A stretch of DNA of 64,000 nucleotides from Octopus sinensis (GCF_006345805.1 NC_043003.1:40920001-40984000), one strand, 5' to 3'; shown: positions 37,136-50,953, counted from the first letter of the stretch. Notes: generated by a model not told the origin, from the sequence alone. A program made the numbers and translations.

Positions 37136-37520
37136 AGCCAAGTTGGAACAGATATTTTTCACGAGGCATTCTCGTCCCTGCCTCGGCAATATCTGACCTA
37201 AAATTTTCAAATCATCGCACTCGCGCCAAATTTATCGGCAGCAAATAAATATAAGCCGCCGATTCCATTACGGAATTAACCAGAAAATTCATAATTAATC
37301 AATATAGGGTGGCAAAAAAAATTTTGTAGAATTTTTTTGCCACCAGCGGCCTAGTGGGAAAAAAATTAATAGTCATATACCATTTTTAAGTTCAACATCA
37401 CAATCAAGGAACGGCCATAATAGGCCATTCACCCACTAGAAATAACAGCCAAAAGCTTTAACCGCAAAATAACATCAATTCCGTAAACCAGGAGAAAATT
37501 TAAAAAACATTTACCCTGTA

Positions 37521-37626
37521 ATTTCTTATACGATGCACCGTTTCGTCACTGTTTAATGGTAAACTAACCTGATTAAATTAAATCAAACCAGTCTACCATA
37601 GGCCCTTAGATTCATCAGTAAGAAAT
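37521..37626 (-). ncRNA. Type I hammerhead, monomer 3
   Basis: Intact CTGATGA and GAAA, 8-bp stem I, 1-nt deletion in the basal stem II. Confidence 0.7.
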
Positions 37627-38205
37627 AGCCAAGTTGGAACAGATATTTTTCACGAGGCATTCTCGTCCCTGCCTCGGCAATATCTGACCTAAAATTTTCA
37701 AATCATCGCACTCGCGCAAATTTATCGGCAGCAAATAAATATAAGCCGCCGATTCCATTACGGAATTAACCAGAAAATTCATAATTAATCAATATAGGGT
37801 GGCAAAAAAAATTTTGTAGAATTTTTTCGCCACCAGCGGCCTAGTGGGAAAAAATTAAATAGTCATATACCATTTTTAAGTTCAACATCACAATCAAGGA
37901 ACGGCCATAATAGGCCATTCACCCACTAGAAATAACAGCCAAAAGCTTTAACCGCAAAATAACATCAATTCCGTAAACCAGGAGAAAATTTAAAAACATT
38001 TACCCTGTAATTTCTTATACGATGCACCGTTTCGTCTACTGTTTAATGGTAAACTAACCTGATTAAATTAAATCAAGCCAGTCTACCATAGGCCCTTAGA
38101 TGTTATTTTGCGGTTAAAGCTTTTGGCTGTTATTTCTAGTGGGTGAATGGCCTATTATGGCCGTTCCTTGATTGTGATATATATATATATATATATATAT
38201 AAGTA

Positions 38206-38248
<43 letters not shown>

Positions 38249-38413
38249 ATCTATCTATCTATCTATCTATATATATATATATATATGATTTGCCTAATAA
38301 TGGTTTTGTCTCTAATTTAATATAATATATATATATATATGGGAGTGTGTATATATGTCTGTCTGTCTATCTATCTCTCTCCCTCTCTCTCTTTATATAA
38401 ATATATCATATCA

Positions 38414-38625
38414 GGACTATTATCCCCACCACCGAGGACAATTCCCCATCATAGGACAACTCCCACCGACGACAACTCCTCCCTAGGACATTTACCACCC
38501 TTGGTTAATTGCTCCCACTCCAATATATTAAGAAGTTTTAAATCATCTGTTGTCCTCAGGGGTAATTGCCCTTGGGGGAAGGGTTTATTGTCCATGGGGA
38601 GTAAATCTCCTAGACTCATGTGCAT
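38414..38625. mobile_element. MITE-like element with inverted subterminal repeats
   Basis: GGACAATTCCCC/GGACAACTCCC repeats on the left and GGGGTAATTGCCC/GGGGAGTAAATCTCC on the right. Superfamily unassigned. Confidence 0.45.
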
Positions 38626-38634
38626 ATATACATA

Positions 38635-38710
<76 letters not shown>

Positions 38711-38989
38711 TATAGATACATATATATACATACATATGTATATACACACTTATATGCATGCGCACGCGTGTATGTGTAGATAAATTACAAATAATTGAAA
38801 ATAGTTTTAAAAAGAATACTTCTACTAATATAACTACTACAGGGAGTACAACTACAACCAGTCATCAATAACAATAATAGCAACAGTAATTAAGAAAAGC
38901 CATGAATAATAAATATTAAGAATTTCAACCGACAGTGGCGATAATAATGGACTTTAAAAAGAAAACAACAGCAACAACGATAAGCAACA

Positions 38990-39100
38990 ATAAATAGCGA
39001 TAGCAACAAATGCAATGATGATGGTTATGATGATGATTCTAATAACAACAACAACGGCAACAACAAAAACAACAATAACAACAACAACAACAATAATAAT

Positions 39101-39151
<51 letters not shown>

Positions 39152-39320
39152 AAGCCTCAACAAAACCGACAACTTTGTCGACATTTTTGATTTGCCAGAA
39201 GGGAAACAAATGTAAAGATATTTGCTATTATTACTTTCATCATTCCTGATATATCATCGTCGTTGTCGTCGTCGTCGTCGTCATAATCATCATCATCATC
39301 ATCATCATCATCAATATTAA
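38990..39320. repeat. Compound trinucleotide microsatellite (ATG/ACA/ATA/GTC/ATC)
   Basis: Direct reading. Confidence 0.9.
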
Positions 39321-39659
39321 TAACGTCGTTTTTATAGTTGTTGTTGGTCTTTCATTTTTTTCTGATGTCGATGGCAACAATAACAAAACCAACAACAATC
39401 GCGTCTATAAGAGACAAAAAAGAAATGAAAAACGGAATACTGATAAAATATATAATAATATGAGTCTTTTCTATGACGGTTTGGGTGTGAAGAAAAAAAA
39501 ACAAATCTTCACATAAAAAAAAACCGGAAATAACACTCCATAACCCTGGAGACATAAAAAAAGGAAAATTATGTGCGTATGTATGTGTGTGCGGGAGTGT
39601 GAGAGAGTCTGTGTGTATGTGTGTCTATACGCAAGCACACATTCACACACGCATTTCCA

Positions 39660-39692
<33 letters not shown>

Positions 39693-39831
39693 ATATATAT
39701 ATAAGTATACATATGTACCCAACCATTATATATGTGTATACGTGCGTGTGAGTGTGTGTATATGCGTATGTATGTAGCGCATCTTGTAACACTGTCACCT
39801 ACCAACAAAAATTCACTTTCAACTATACTCC

Positions 39832-39863
<32 letters not shown>

Positions 39864-39886
39864 GATATATATATATATATATAATA

Positions 39887-39918
<32 letters not shown>

Positions 39919-40908
39919 ACATATATATGTGTCTATATATATATATATACATATATACATACAGTTGTGTGTATGTGTATTATGTGCTTTAAGTATGGGC
40001 ATATATGTATTATTGTGTGTCTGTGATACACGCACATTAACACTTATAAATAAAAACGTGAAGCCGATAACAACAAAAAAAGAACTAAATAAAAAATAAA
40101 AGGACAAAATATAAAATATAAAAATCAATAACATAAAATAATAGTAAAAGAAATAAGGAAATAGTCAAAGAAAAAAAAAATCGATGCAAAGTTTTCGAAA
40201 ATTCTCTTTTAAGGAAACCAACAAGCGCTGAAGCGTAAAATATGCGGAAGCTGGAGTTCCACGCCTCACATAACAGAGAGAGAAAATAACAACAAAAAGA
40301 AAACACTTGCAGATGGCTTGGTTGTTCATTAGAAATGTCGACGAAAGAAGAGCCATAAATTTCGACAGAAAATGTGCCTGGACATTAAGGAGATGCCTCT
40401 GGAATATAATGGCGTGCCATCTTGGTTTGCGTCTTATTATCATTTCAATTCTCTTCACAGCAGTCGTAAGAATATCGATGGGTTTCTTTCTTGTGTGTGA
40501 ATGCTGTGTTTTTTTTTTTTTTTTTTGTTCTGTCTCCCCGCTCTCTCGCTCTTATTGAAAAGGGGGGGGAGAAAAAAACCAAGAAATGTTTTGTTGTTAT
40601 ATTGTGTTTCATTGTTTGCTTCCGTTTGGCGTTTCTGTTTTTCCTTTATATACCTTATTGTATTTTTTTTATTGTATTTCTTGATTTTTCTCTCATGTGT
40701 CCATTTTAGTACTTACATACGTATGCATTTATATATGTGTGCATATATGTATATATGTATGTACGTATCCATGCATGTATGCATACATACAAACATATAT
40801 ATATGTAACATAATAAATATTGTCATATATTTATATGTAGACATATATATATATATATTATATATATATATGTATATGTATAATAATATATATATATAAC
40901 ACACAATA

Positions 40909-40972
<64 letters not shown>

Positions 40973-40987
40973 CATATATATATATAC

Positions 40988-41023
<36 letters not shown>

Positions 41024-41147
41024 GATATATATATATATATATATAAATATGTATGTATTTGTAAACACATAGCTTTTATGCATATCAGTCTATTTATCTA
41101 GTCATCTATCTATCGATGTGTGTGTATACATACATATATATATATAC

Positions 41148-41193
<46 letters not shown>

Positions 41194-41578
41194 TTTTGAG
41201 TTAGTCTCCATTGTCGGGGAGATTTTTTTAAAGATGAATTGCCTAGATGCAAGTAAACTTCAGCGGGCGCGTAGTCACTGACACACACATACACACACTC
41301 ATACAGACACGCAAATATTACACACACATACACGCACACAGGCAGAGAGGGAGATTCTCAGCAGGAAGTGAATAAATCGGTTAGGAAGTATTACATATAA
41401 TGTGGTTTATATCATTATTTTTAAAGTCATCACAAAATGATGGATAGCCCCTCGGACATAATGTCAAATGTACAGGCGCTGGATAAGTAAAATACCTAAA
41501 CAGACATCCTTGGGTATGATATATACAAACATATATATATATATATATGTGTTTGTGTGTGTGTGTATGCGTGCCTGC

Positions 41579-41647
<69 letters not shown>

Positions 41648-41692
41648 TGTTTGTGTGTGTGTACGTGTGTGTGTGTGTTGTGTGTGTGTGTG

Positions 41693-41836
41693 TAGATATT
41701 ATATATCGGTACTAAACATATTGGGCTATCCGATAATAATAATCCAATATTGTGAAAACTCCAAGAAACTGGGCAGAGGAAATTGCAGCATCGAGCAAAA
41801 ATCTATGTGTACTTATATATATATATATATATATAT

Positions 41837-41873
<37 letters not shown>

Positions 41874-41995
41874 TATATATCGGTACTAAACATATTGGGC
41901 TATCCGATAATAATAATCCATATTGTGAAAACTCCAAGAAACTGGGCAGAGGAAATTGCAGCATCGAGCAAAAATCTATGTGTACTTATATATAT
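41693..41995 (+). repeat. Tandem duplication of a ~125-bp unique segment (period 174)
   Basis: Copies at 41693 and 41867 differ by one indel and are separated by a TA/TG microsatellite. Confidence 0.85.
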
Positions 41996-42313
41996 ATATA
42001 TATATATGTGGTGGTGTGGGTGTGTGTGTGTGTGGTACTTATATACATATATTTATATTTATATATATAGATATATATATATATATTATATATATATACG
42101 TATATATGTATATATATGTATATATATCTGATAGATTTGTATATATGATATATATGTACACACACACTAACACACACACGCCCTCACAGCGTACACACAA
42201 ACTCACATGTAAATGAGTTCTAGTTATACATTATACGTAATAGATCTGTTTGGTCGAAGCTGTCGGCTAACCACAACGCTCAGTATCCAGAGCCCGTGCT
42301 ACAATATATACAA

Positions 42314-42339
<26 letters not shown>

Positions 42340-42346
<7 letters not shown>

Positions 42347-42408
42347 ATATGATAATAATAATAATAATAATAATATATAATATATAATAATAATAATAAG
42401 AAGAATAA

Positions 42409-42439
<31 letters not shown>

Positions 42440-42570
42440 AAGAGAAGAAGAAGAAAGAAGAAGAAGAAGAATAAGAAGAGGAAGAAATACGAATAATAAT
42501 AATAATATAATAATAATAAAATAATAATAATAATAAAATAATAATATAATAATATAATAATAATAGATAA
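42340..42570. repeat. (TAA)n/(GAA)n compound microsatellite
   Basis: Direct reading. Confidence 0.9.
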
Positions 42571-42852
42571 TATATATGCATATATATGTACACACCTCGA
42601 AATGAGGAGTAGATGGACAGCCGAAAACTGATGAAGGGTCGTTCTTTTTGTTAAATGTCCTCTTTTGCATTTGTTTCTCTCGTTTACGTATTCAACATTT
42701 TTGTTTTCGTATTCCATGTTGTTTACGGTTTCTGACGTCCAGAACCCATATATGCACATACTTATATACATATTACTTATATTATTATTTGAATGAACAC
42801 CACGCATCCATTTCTAAGTATGTATGTATATATATATATATATTTATACATA

Positions 42853-43092
42853 AGTAACTATATGAAAGCATTATTGCTGTTAAAAACAGTAATAACGAGG
42901 CTGTTATCGTAGGATTGGTAGTATTTATCGTAGGATTGGTGGTTTTTGAAGCTTTCGCTTTCATCTTTGGCAAGCGGTATTTTTACACTTCTTTTATTTA
43001 AATATTTAATATTGTACCTATTAAGGTAGATACCTTGCTAACCTCCTCATGATTACCGTTTTTAACAGCAATAATGCTTTCCTATAGTTACT
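42853..43092. mobile_element. Element with ~50-bp inverted termini
   Basis: AAGTAACTATATGAAAGCATTATTGCTGTTAAAAAC / GTTTTTAACAGCAATAATGCTTTCCTATAGTTACTT. Confidence 0.65.
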
Positions 43093-43479
43093 TTTCCATT
43101 GTTTACGACAGTTTTCTCTTCAAACGGAGCGGGACGTTTAAAGTTCGAAACACACACGAGTTGGCGTAGTGAATATTATGGAAATAGATGTTACTATCTC
43201 CAATTGAAGATTGGAAAGCATGTTTTCTCATGCACAGCATGAAATGAATTGATACTGGGGTATGTAAATCTTCAAATTCCATCCTGAAGGTAGGCATATC
43301 TTTTAAAGTGTTCATTGCATTGCTCGTGTGTGTATTTATCGTAGGATTGGTGGTTTTTGAAGATTCCGCTTTCATCTTTGGAAAGCGGTATTTTTTTACT
43401 CCTTTTATATGTATATATATGTACCGTTGGCGATTTTTTTTCCTCTGTCTTCCCTTCTCTGGATCTTTCCTTCTCCTAT

Positions 43480-43514
43480 GTTTCCACCGAAGAGCTCCAC
43501 TCGAAACGTCAAAC
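43480..43514 (+). ncRNA. Decayed minimal hammerhead remnant
   Basis: GTTT-CCACCGA-A-GAGC(TCC)ACTC-GAAA-CG-TC-AAAC: stems retained, core mutated. Confidence 0.4.
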
Positions 43515-43624
43515 CCTCCTTCTTTCCTTCTTTCTTGAGCGTCCAATAATACTTTATTTGTTCCACGGCCTCGCGTTGTTGTTTTTGTGCTTTCATGTTT
43601 GGATTAACTGTATATATATGTATT

Positions 43625-43851
43625 CTTAATTTTTTCGTTTACTTATTTCAGGCATTTGACTGCGGACGTGTTGGAGCACCGCCTTTAGTGGAGCAAATCG
43701 ACCCAGGCCTTATTCTTTGTAAGCCTAGTATTTATTCTTTCGGTCTCTTTTGCCCAACCGCTAAGGTACGGGGGCGTAAACACACCAGCATCGGTTGTCA
43801 AGCGATGGTGGGGGACAAACAGACACACAAAGATATACACACACCTACATG

Positions 43852-43897
<46 letters not shown>

Positions 43898-43998
43898 GTA
43901 TACGATGGGTTTGTTTTCAGTTCCTGTCTACCAAATCCACTGACAATGCTATAGTAGAAGACACGGCCCCAAGGTGCCACGCAGTGGGACTAAACCCA
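43625..43998 (-). mobile_element. SINE family A, 5'-clipped
   Basis: Reverse complement colinear with the other copies. Confidence 0.85.
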
Positions 43999-44039
43999 GA
44001 ACTATTATATATATATATATTATATATATATATATAGAA

Positions 44040-45400
44040 GTGGGCCATTGAAAAAATCAAACTCAACCCCAAAGTGTTCTTTTCATTTGCGAGGAAACGC
44101 AGGGTCACTGTCTCCATTGTTGGCCCTCTATTGATGAAACTGGCACTCTCCAAGATAATGCCAAATCCATGGCCGAGATACTGCAGAAACAATACTGCTC
44201 TGTTTTCAGCAATCCTGATATGGCCGATCTGGGCTGTATCAGTGATGTCAACCCCCAACACACTATACGGACACATAACGTTTAGTGGCCCCTGATGTCT
44301 TAGCGGCGATAAACGAATAAAAAACAATTCAGCAGTAGGCCCCGATAGGTTCCCTGCTTGTGTCCTGAAGGTGTGTCGACACAAACGCATCTCCCCTTGC
44401 TAATCTGTGGGGAGAAACTCACTGGATGCTGGCTATATTCCAAAAACCTTCTGTCCCAGTCTGTTGTCCCAGTTTTCAAAAAGGGAAACAAGTCCCTTGC
44501 TGTGACAACTACCGTCCGATCTCACTCACCTATCATATCATCAAGGTATTTGAGAGGGTGTGAGATCTCGAATAATCCACTTGGAAAAGAGGATGCCTTG
44601 AAACTCCCATACTCCCTTCCTTCAGGTAAAACTCTCGCGGCGTCAACAAATCAGAGACTTGGAAGTAATGTGGACAACACATAAGCTGGGCCACTCATAT
44701 AAACACCAAAGTTGACATGGCCCGCAGAATGTGTTTCCTGGATTCTCAGAACTTTCCAGTCGAGAGATATCCACACCATTATCCTTCTTTCTCCACTTTT
44801 GCCCGACCCCACCTTGAATACTGTTGTCCACTGTGGTCTCCCCACACAAACAAGGTATCATAAAAGTTGAAGCACCTCAAAGGGCAATCACAAAAAGATA
44901 GATGGCATGACAGGCCTCGACTATTGGGGTCGACTAGAAAAGCTAAAGCTTTATTCTCTCCAACGTCGTCGTGAGCGCTACATCATCTGCATGATGTGGA
45001 AAATATTCCATCAGCATTGCCCAAATGATGTTGGCATCACCTTAAGGTACATCCAAGCTTGGGCCCCGTGCCATCCGCCCAAAACAAAAATCGCACTCTC
45101 ATCTCATAACAACAATACGGCACAATTATGTCACCTCATTGGCCTCGCTCTCTTAACATTACACCAAAACACATTAAAACAGAAACTGACCCTATAGGGT
45201 TCAAGACGTCTCTGGACAGATTCCTTCAAGAAATCGGATAAACCCCCTACACCCGGATATGTCTCTGTAAACAATAACTCTCTACTTGAGTGGGCCATAG
45301 TGCCCAAATTCTGACTTGAAAGGCTTCACCAGGTGGTGCTATTAAGTTAGACATGCCCTGGGCCAATAATGGCCGAAACCTATCAAAGTATCAAAGTATC
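44040..45400 (+). mobile_element. CR1-group LINE 3' fragment with the RT core deleted
   Basis: GPDRFPACVLK and NYRPISLT-like remnants, then RPHLEYCCPLWSPH, LYSLQRRRERYIICMMWKI and a (TATCAAAG)x3 tail. Confidence 0.8.
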
Positions 45401-45426
45401 AAAATATATATAGTTTGTCACTAGAA

Positions 45427-45511
<85 letters not shown>

Positions 45512-45624
45512 TATATAATATATATATATATATATGTGTTTCTATAAAAACTCGCATACGTACAAAACACAAACACACACCACACACACCCATGCACGCA
45601 TGCAGGCACGCGCTCACACTCACA

Positions 45625-45834
45625 CAACACTCAGCTGGCAAAAAGTGTTATACATTTATTTGAAAGGGCCTGCCTTGTCACACTCTGTGTCACGCTGAAT
45701 TTCCTCGAGAACTACATTAGGGGTACACATGTTTGTGGAATGCTCAGCTACTTGCACGTTAATTTCACGAGTAAGCTTTTCTGTCGATCGTATCAGCTGG
45801 GACCCTCGTTGTGGTAACCGACGGTGTGCTCCTC

Positions 45835-45835
<1 letters not shown>
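45625..45835 (+). mobile_element. SINE family C, 3' part
   Basis: CACTCAGCTGGCAAAAAG...GCTCAGCTACTTGCACGTTAATTTCACGAG; the start overlaps the 3' end of the 57190-57335 copy. Confidence 0.55.
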
Positions 45836-45869
<34 letters not shown>

Positions 45870-45879
45870 TATATATATA

Positions 45880-45918
<39 letters not shown>

Positions 45919-46199
45919 AGGGGAGAGATAGAGATGGATAGATAGAGAGAGTGGAGGGGAGATGGAATGTCTTCTGCGTGGTGATTATTCCAAATTTGCT
46001 TGAGATTTACATGGTGAATAGGTAGAGAAGGTGAAAGCATAATTCCCTTCCTTGGTGAATGCGAAACTGTAGAAATTTCTAGGTTACTGTATCGGGATGA
46101 AACAAATAAACTAACATGAACATTACTGAAAGTATTATACAGTTAATCATATACTAGTACTTTAGAACAAAATTACAGAAAGTTTACTGTAGTGCCAGA

Positions 46200-46540
46200 A
46201 AATTTGAACAACACTTCTACAAAAGATCATTAACAAGGAATGTGCATGTATAACTGTAAACAAACACGCATGGCTATATTCCCAGAAGTCTTCAAAAGGA
46301 AGCAACATTCAGAAGCAGATTAGACAATCCGGGATTAATTCTTTGAAGAATTTGATTTTTGCAATACATTAACAAAACATAGTTACAAAATATCTGATGC
46401 ACAAAATAGGCAGAAATATAGGTAAATACTGAGGTGCGATAACCAATACAAGCATTGTAGAATCAAGTCTGAGGATACCACCCTCATAAGAGGTCTTTAC
46501 CAGAAACAAAGAGTGTCTTCGTGAGACATGATGGTGTGCT
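46200..46540 (+). pseudogene. Possible RTE reverse transcriptase remnant
   Basis: LIRGLYQKQ resembles the RTE motif IRNLYxxQ. Very decayed. Confidence 0.35.
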
Positions 46541-47142
46541 TAGATCACTATATAATGAAATCAATATAAATATAGATAGGCATGCACACACACACACACA
46601 GTCGGGCACACACACATATGCAGATTTAATGACAACTATACGTAGGATAGTCCTGAGGAGATAAATATAAGACTATAAGACATAACAGTGATTTCGAAAG
46701 CATAACCACACAAAGTTCGAATAGCTGCTGGTGAAATAAACCTGCCAAGGCATCAATAAGATGTAAGCAGAGGGACAAACAATTAAACTATGCACAGTAA
46801 CTGAAATCACTTGCCGTGTGCATGTCAATGTTATATTAAATGATAGCGAAAAGAGAACACCTAGAACGAATTGATGAAAAAACCTGCAGTGTTTCATCCG
46901 AACTATTAAATTTAGACTTCTCCCATTTGATGTAGGAACACTTGGCTACGTGAATAACTGCCTCAAGGCCAATCATGTGGAGCTGGGAATCACGAAACTA
47001 GAAAGAACACGCCTAATCAGAAGATTACAGGTATAAGCCGTCAAATCTACTATCATAATAGGTATGATATTCATCAAGTTTAGCGTGTAATATCTACATA
47101 CGGAATGCTTTCTACAGGTGTGCCCTTGCGCGCATAATATAT

Positions 47143-47192
<50 letters not shown>

Positions 47193-47285
47193 CGTGTGTG
47201 TGTGTGTATATATGTTATAGACATGTATACAAACATGCATGCATACATAAATACGAGAAATGTACATACGTATTATATGTGTATA

Positions 47286-47497
<212 letters not shown>

Positions 47498-48179
47498 TAT
47501 ACTCAAACCTACTTTGATATCCAAATTCCAGTGAAGGAGTTTTCATTCTAGGCTCGAAAGTGTAGCATTTTACATTGATAAGAAATTCAAAAAAGAAAAC
47601 GATGCAAACAAACATTCAGACTTACATACAAAAACACACACATTTTCATGGTTGCGTGCATACACATGTGCATATATATATATGTGTGTATATATCACAC
47701 ACATATATACTCCATACACTCCATACACTCACAACCGTCTTCATATTTACAGTATTCATATTTATATTATTTACATTCATATTTTTATATTCATATTGAG
47801 GTTTAAATATTATTATGTTTGATTCACAACGTCAATTAAAATTATTTATATTCAATACTGCACTTATTTATTGACGCTAAAATTCCTGAGATTTGATTGC
47901 TGTCATTGATATCTATTAATATTTATCACAGCTACTGCACAGTTCAAATGTATAATTATGCAGTTTCTTATGATACTATAAATACATATGCATACGCCGA
48001 CAGAAAGACTGACAGAGAGACACACACATGCATACAAATGCACGCACGCGCGCATAAATGGATGTGATATGAAGTCCGAGAAAGACGGTTCTGCAATTTT
48101 TGGTCGAACATGCTTTACGAATGTTTAGTTTAGAGTGATCAAATCCATCGAAACGACGTTGCCTGACCTGGTGTCGAAG

Positions 48180-48290
48180 TAATTGCAGAGTAACGAGAGA
48201 TGAAGTGCTTTGCTCAAGAACACAATGAATCACCCGGTCCAGGAACTGAAACCCATGATCTCGGGTGCATGAGCTTACGACAACAGATGC
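48180..48290 (-). mobile_element. SINE family C fragment
   Basis: GAAGTGCTTTGCTCAAGAACACAA...CCGGTCCAGGAACTGAAACC matches 57230-57290. Confidence 0.55.
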
Positions 48291-49429
48291 AGGCATTCTT
48301 TAAAATTAAATTATTTATTTAAAACTTATTAAAATTCAAGTAATGGTTGTCGCATCTTCAACATAGCTGTTCCGTACGAACTGACGTTGTTGCAATTTTT
48401 TAAACCTAACAGGACATTTCCTCTTGCTAGTTAACGGTGCAACCTGCATCCAATATATTGCAAGTTGGGGAACGAATCCTACCACATTCTAGCGAAAGGA
48501 CCAGTAGGCCAGCCTTGTTTTGGGTATTTCTGCTCTTCCTCAGTGCTGGACACCTTGTCTACTAGAGATGGCAGTAATTCCCTCAAGTTTGCAAGATATA
48601 GAAAATCAATACATCCAGTCAGTGATCTTGCAACAAGCAAAGCAGCTAGTTACAAAACCTCTGTAAGAAATGAAGGCAGTAACTGTACTGGCAAGTAATG
48701 TTCGTTGCCGCTTCAACATGGCTGTTCCATACAAACGGAGGTTATTGCGATTTTTGAACACCCAAGAGGCCATTTCCTCTAGCTGATATATTGCAAGCAG
48801 GAGAACGAAACCCTATCACCTTTTAGCGACTGGACCAGCAGACTAGAACTTTCTTTATGTTAAACCCTTATATTGCATCATATCAATCTATCTATCTACA
48901 GATATGTACAATATATATGTTCAATATATCCAGTAAAGACTGTATTACTTTGAAATAGCAACGTATGTATCATACGTCATGTAAATATATCGCAGTAAGT
49001 CAAATTTGCTGCTTGTATCCGCCCAGAGTAAAGGTTTATGGATTATCCTGTATTGGAAAACACAATATGCATCAGAACTGTACACAAAATTATCTAAGCA
49101 GTGACCAATGAGAACACCAGATGCATATTTAGCTTAATATGATAAACAAATATCTATTTTAAATGTAAATACACGCACATACATATGCACGCGTGGGCAC
49201 GCACACACTCACACACGCGAACACACGCGTATACACACACACAAATGAGCGCGCGTGCAAACAAATATACATGATTGTATGTAAATGTATAGTAGCTAGG
49301 TTTATACATAGTGCGTCAGGCTTTTGAGGTTATTTCTTTGCATTTAGGAAAAGACGCAAAGCTCAAGAAAAGAAAAAAGCTGCATATGAAAACAAATTGA
49401 TATAAATAAGCTTTAGAATCCTTTTATCA

Positions 49430-49800
49430 CGCCTACTCAGTGAATCCAGCGTTAGCAGCAATGGCCGCTTCAATACGGGGTTGGAAGCGTTGACATGACT
49501 GAATCAAACGATCTTTATCAAATTTGAACATACTGCTGGTTATGGCGGACTTGGGATATTGCATTAGGTTATGGGGGTGTTCATTGACCTCATTTTCGAC
49601 TACATCCTCAAGTAATAGTCCAGGGAATTTATGTCTGGCGAGCTAGGCGGTAATATATCTGGAAAAACATGGTCATAGAGATTGACTTGCATCCACACTT
49701 GGTCGGAAAACTTACGGTCTTTCGTTGCGTAATCTGCCGATCCAAGGAGTCACAACTTTCTCCAGAACCTCAGTGAAGACAGCGGTATGGACCTTGTATA
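49430..49800 (-). pseudogene. DD37D (maT-type) Tc1/mariner transposase C-terminal remnant
   Basis: EVLEKVVTPWIGRLRNERP*VF, VVENEVNEHPHN, KSAIT and DKDRLIQSCQRF follow the maT pattern. Confidence 0.7.
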
Positions 49801-49889
49801 TGTAGATTGAGTTCTACGCTAGGCTATATGCTGAAGCATATGTATAAGGAGTTTCACACAGGTACACCACATAAAGAATTATCCCAGTA

Positions 49890-50222
49890 CTTATTATAAT
49901 TTTGTACAGCCTGGCACGTATTCTAGCGATCTCCTTTGCAGAACCGCAAATTAAAGTTACATAAACACACCTACACCGGTTGTGAAGCAGTGCTGGGGAA
50001 CAAGCACATACACAAAACACACGCACATACACACGCGCATACATACACATATACGTATATAGCATGGCTTCTTTTAGTTTCCCTCTACCAATTCCACTCA
50101 GAAGGCTTTGGTTGAACTGAAGCTACAGTTGAAGACTCCTGCCCAAGTTGCCATGGAGTAGGACTGAACCCCGAACAATGTAGTTGGGAAGCACAATTCT
50201 TAGCACACAACCACAGCTACGC
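49890..50222 (-). mobile_element. SINE family A, old copy
   Basis: Reverse complement of the head and central domain. Confidence 0.7.
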
Positions 50223-50441
50223 GTATACATGAAAATACTTATTTTGATAGATACACAGACTCAAACATGTATGAAAACATATAATAAAAAAACCTCCCGA
50301 TATTGTATTATGTATATGTATAAGCATCTGTGTGTGTGTAAATGCTGTTAAGAATATCATGGCGAACTGAATAATTGATGCATGGATTTGGGAGCGGGCG
50401 AATGTGAATATATATATATATGTTTATATTATGTGTGTATG

Positions 50442-50475
<34 letters not shown>

Positions 50476-50609
50476 TCTATGTATGTACGTATGTATGTAT
50501 GCATGTATTTATGTATGCGTATATGTATATGCATATGTATTTGTATATACATATATACATACATAAATGTATATGTACAAATGTATAATGATAAACGTCT
50601 GATCCAAAT

Positions 50610-50673
<64 letters not shown>

Positions 50674-50910
50674 GTATACACACACACACACACATATATA
50701 TATATACATACATACATATATATACACACACACATATATATATGTGTATATATAATATTATATATATATTTATATATTAATATATATATATATATATGTA
50801 TGTATATTATAATATTATATATATATATATGTGTGTGTGTATTTATACATTATATCATATTTGTTTACAAAAACTGTATGTCGTATATATATGCATATAT
50901 ATATACGTAC

Positions 50911-50953
<43 letters not shown>

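Larger units (their letters stand above)
36326..38178 (-). mobile_element. Retrozyme/PLE-like tandem array of ~490-bp monomers with hammerheads and an inverted 80-bp end
   Basis: Units start at 36326, 36817, 37305 and 37795 (3.6 copies). 38099-38178 is an inverted copy of an internal segment. Embedded in (TA)n. Confidence 0.85.

Noticed and set aside
41693-41995. 174-bp-period duplication as a functional element
   Set aside because: Near-identical copies between microsatellites suggest slippage or an assembly artefact.
42598-42645. GAAA...CTGATGA permuted hammerhead-like motif (related sequence at ~22780-22850 and ~56580-56660)
   Set aside because: I could not form stem I or stem III in any copy; it needs a family consensus.
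45355-45385. GGCC-AATAAT-GGCC-GAAAC hairpin at the LINE 3' end
   Set aside because: No CUGANGA core; more likely a LINE 3' recognition stem-loop.
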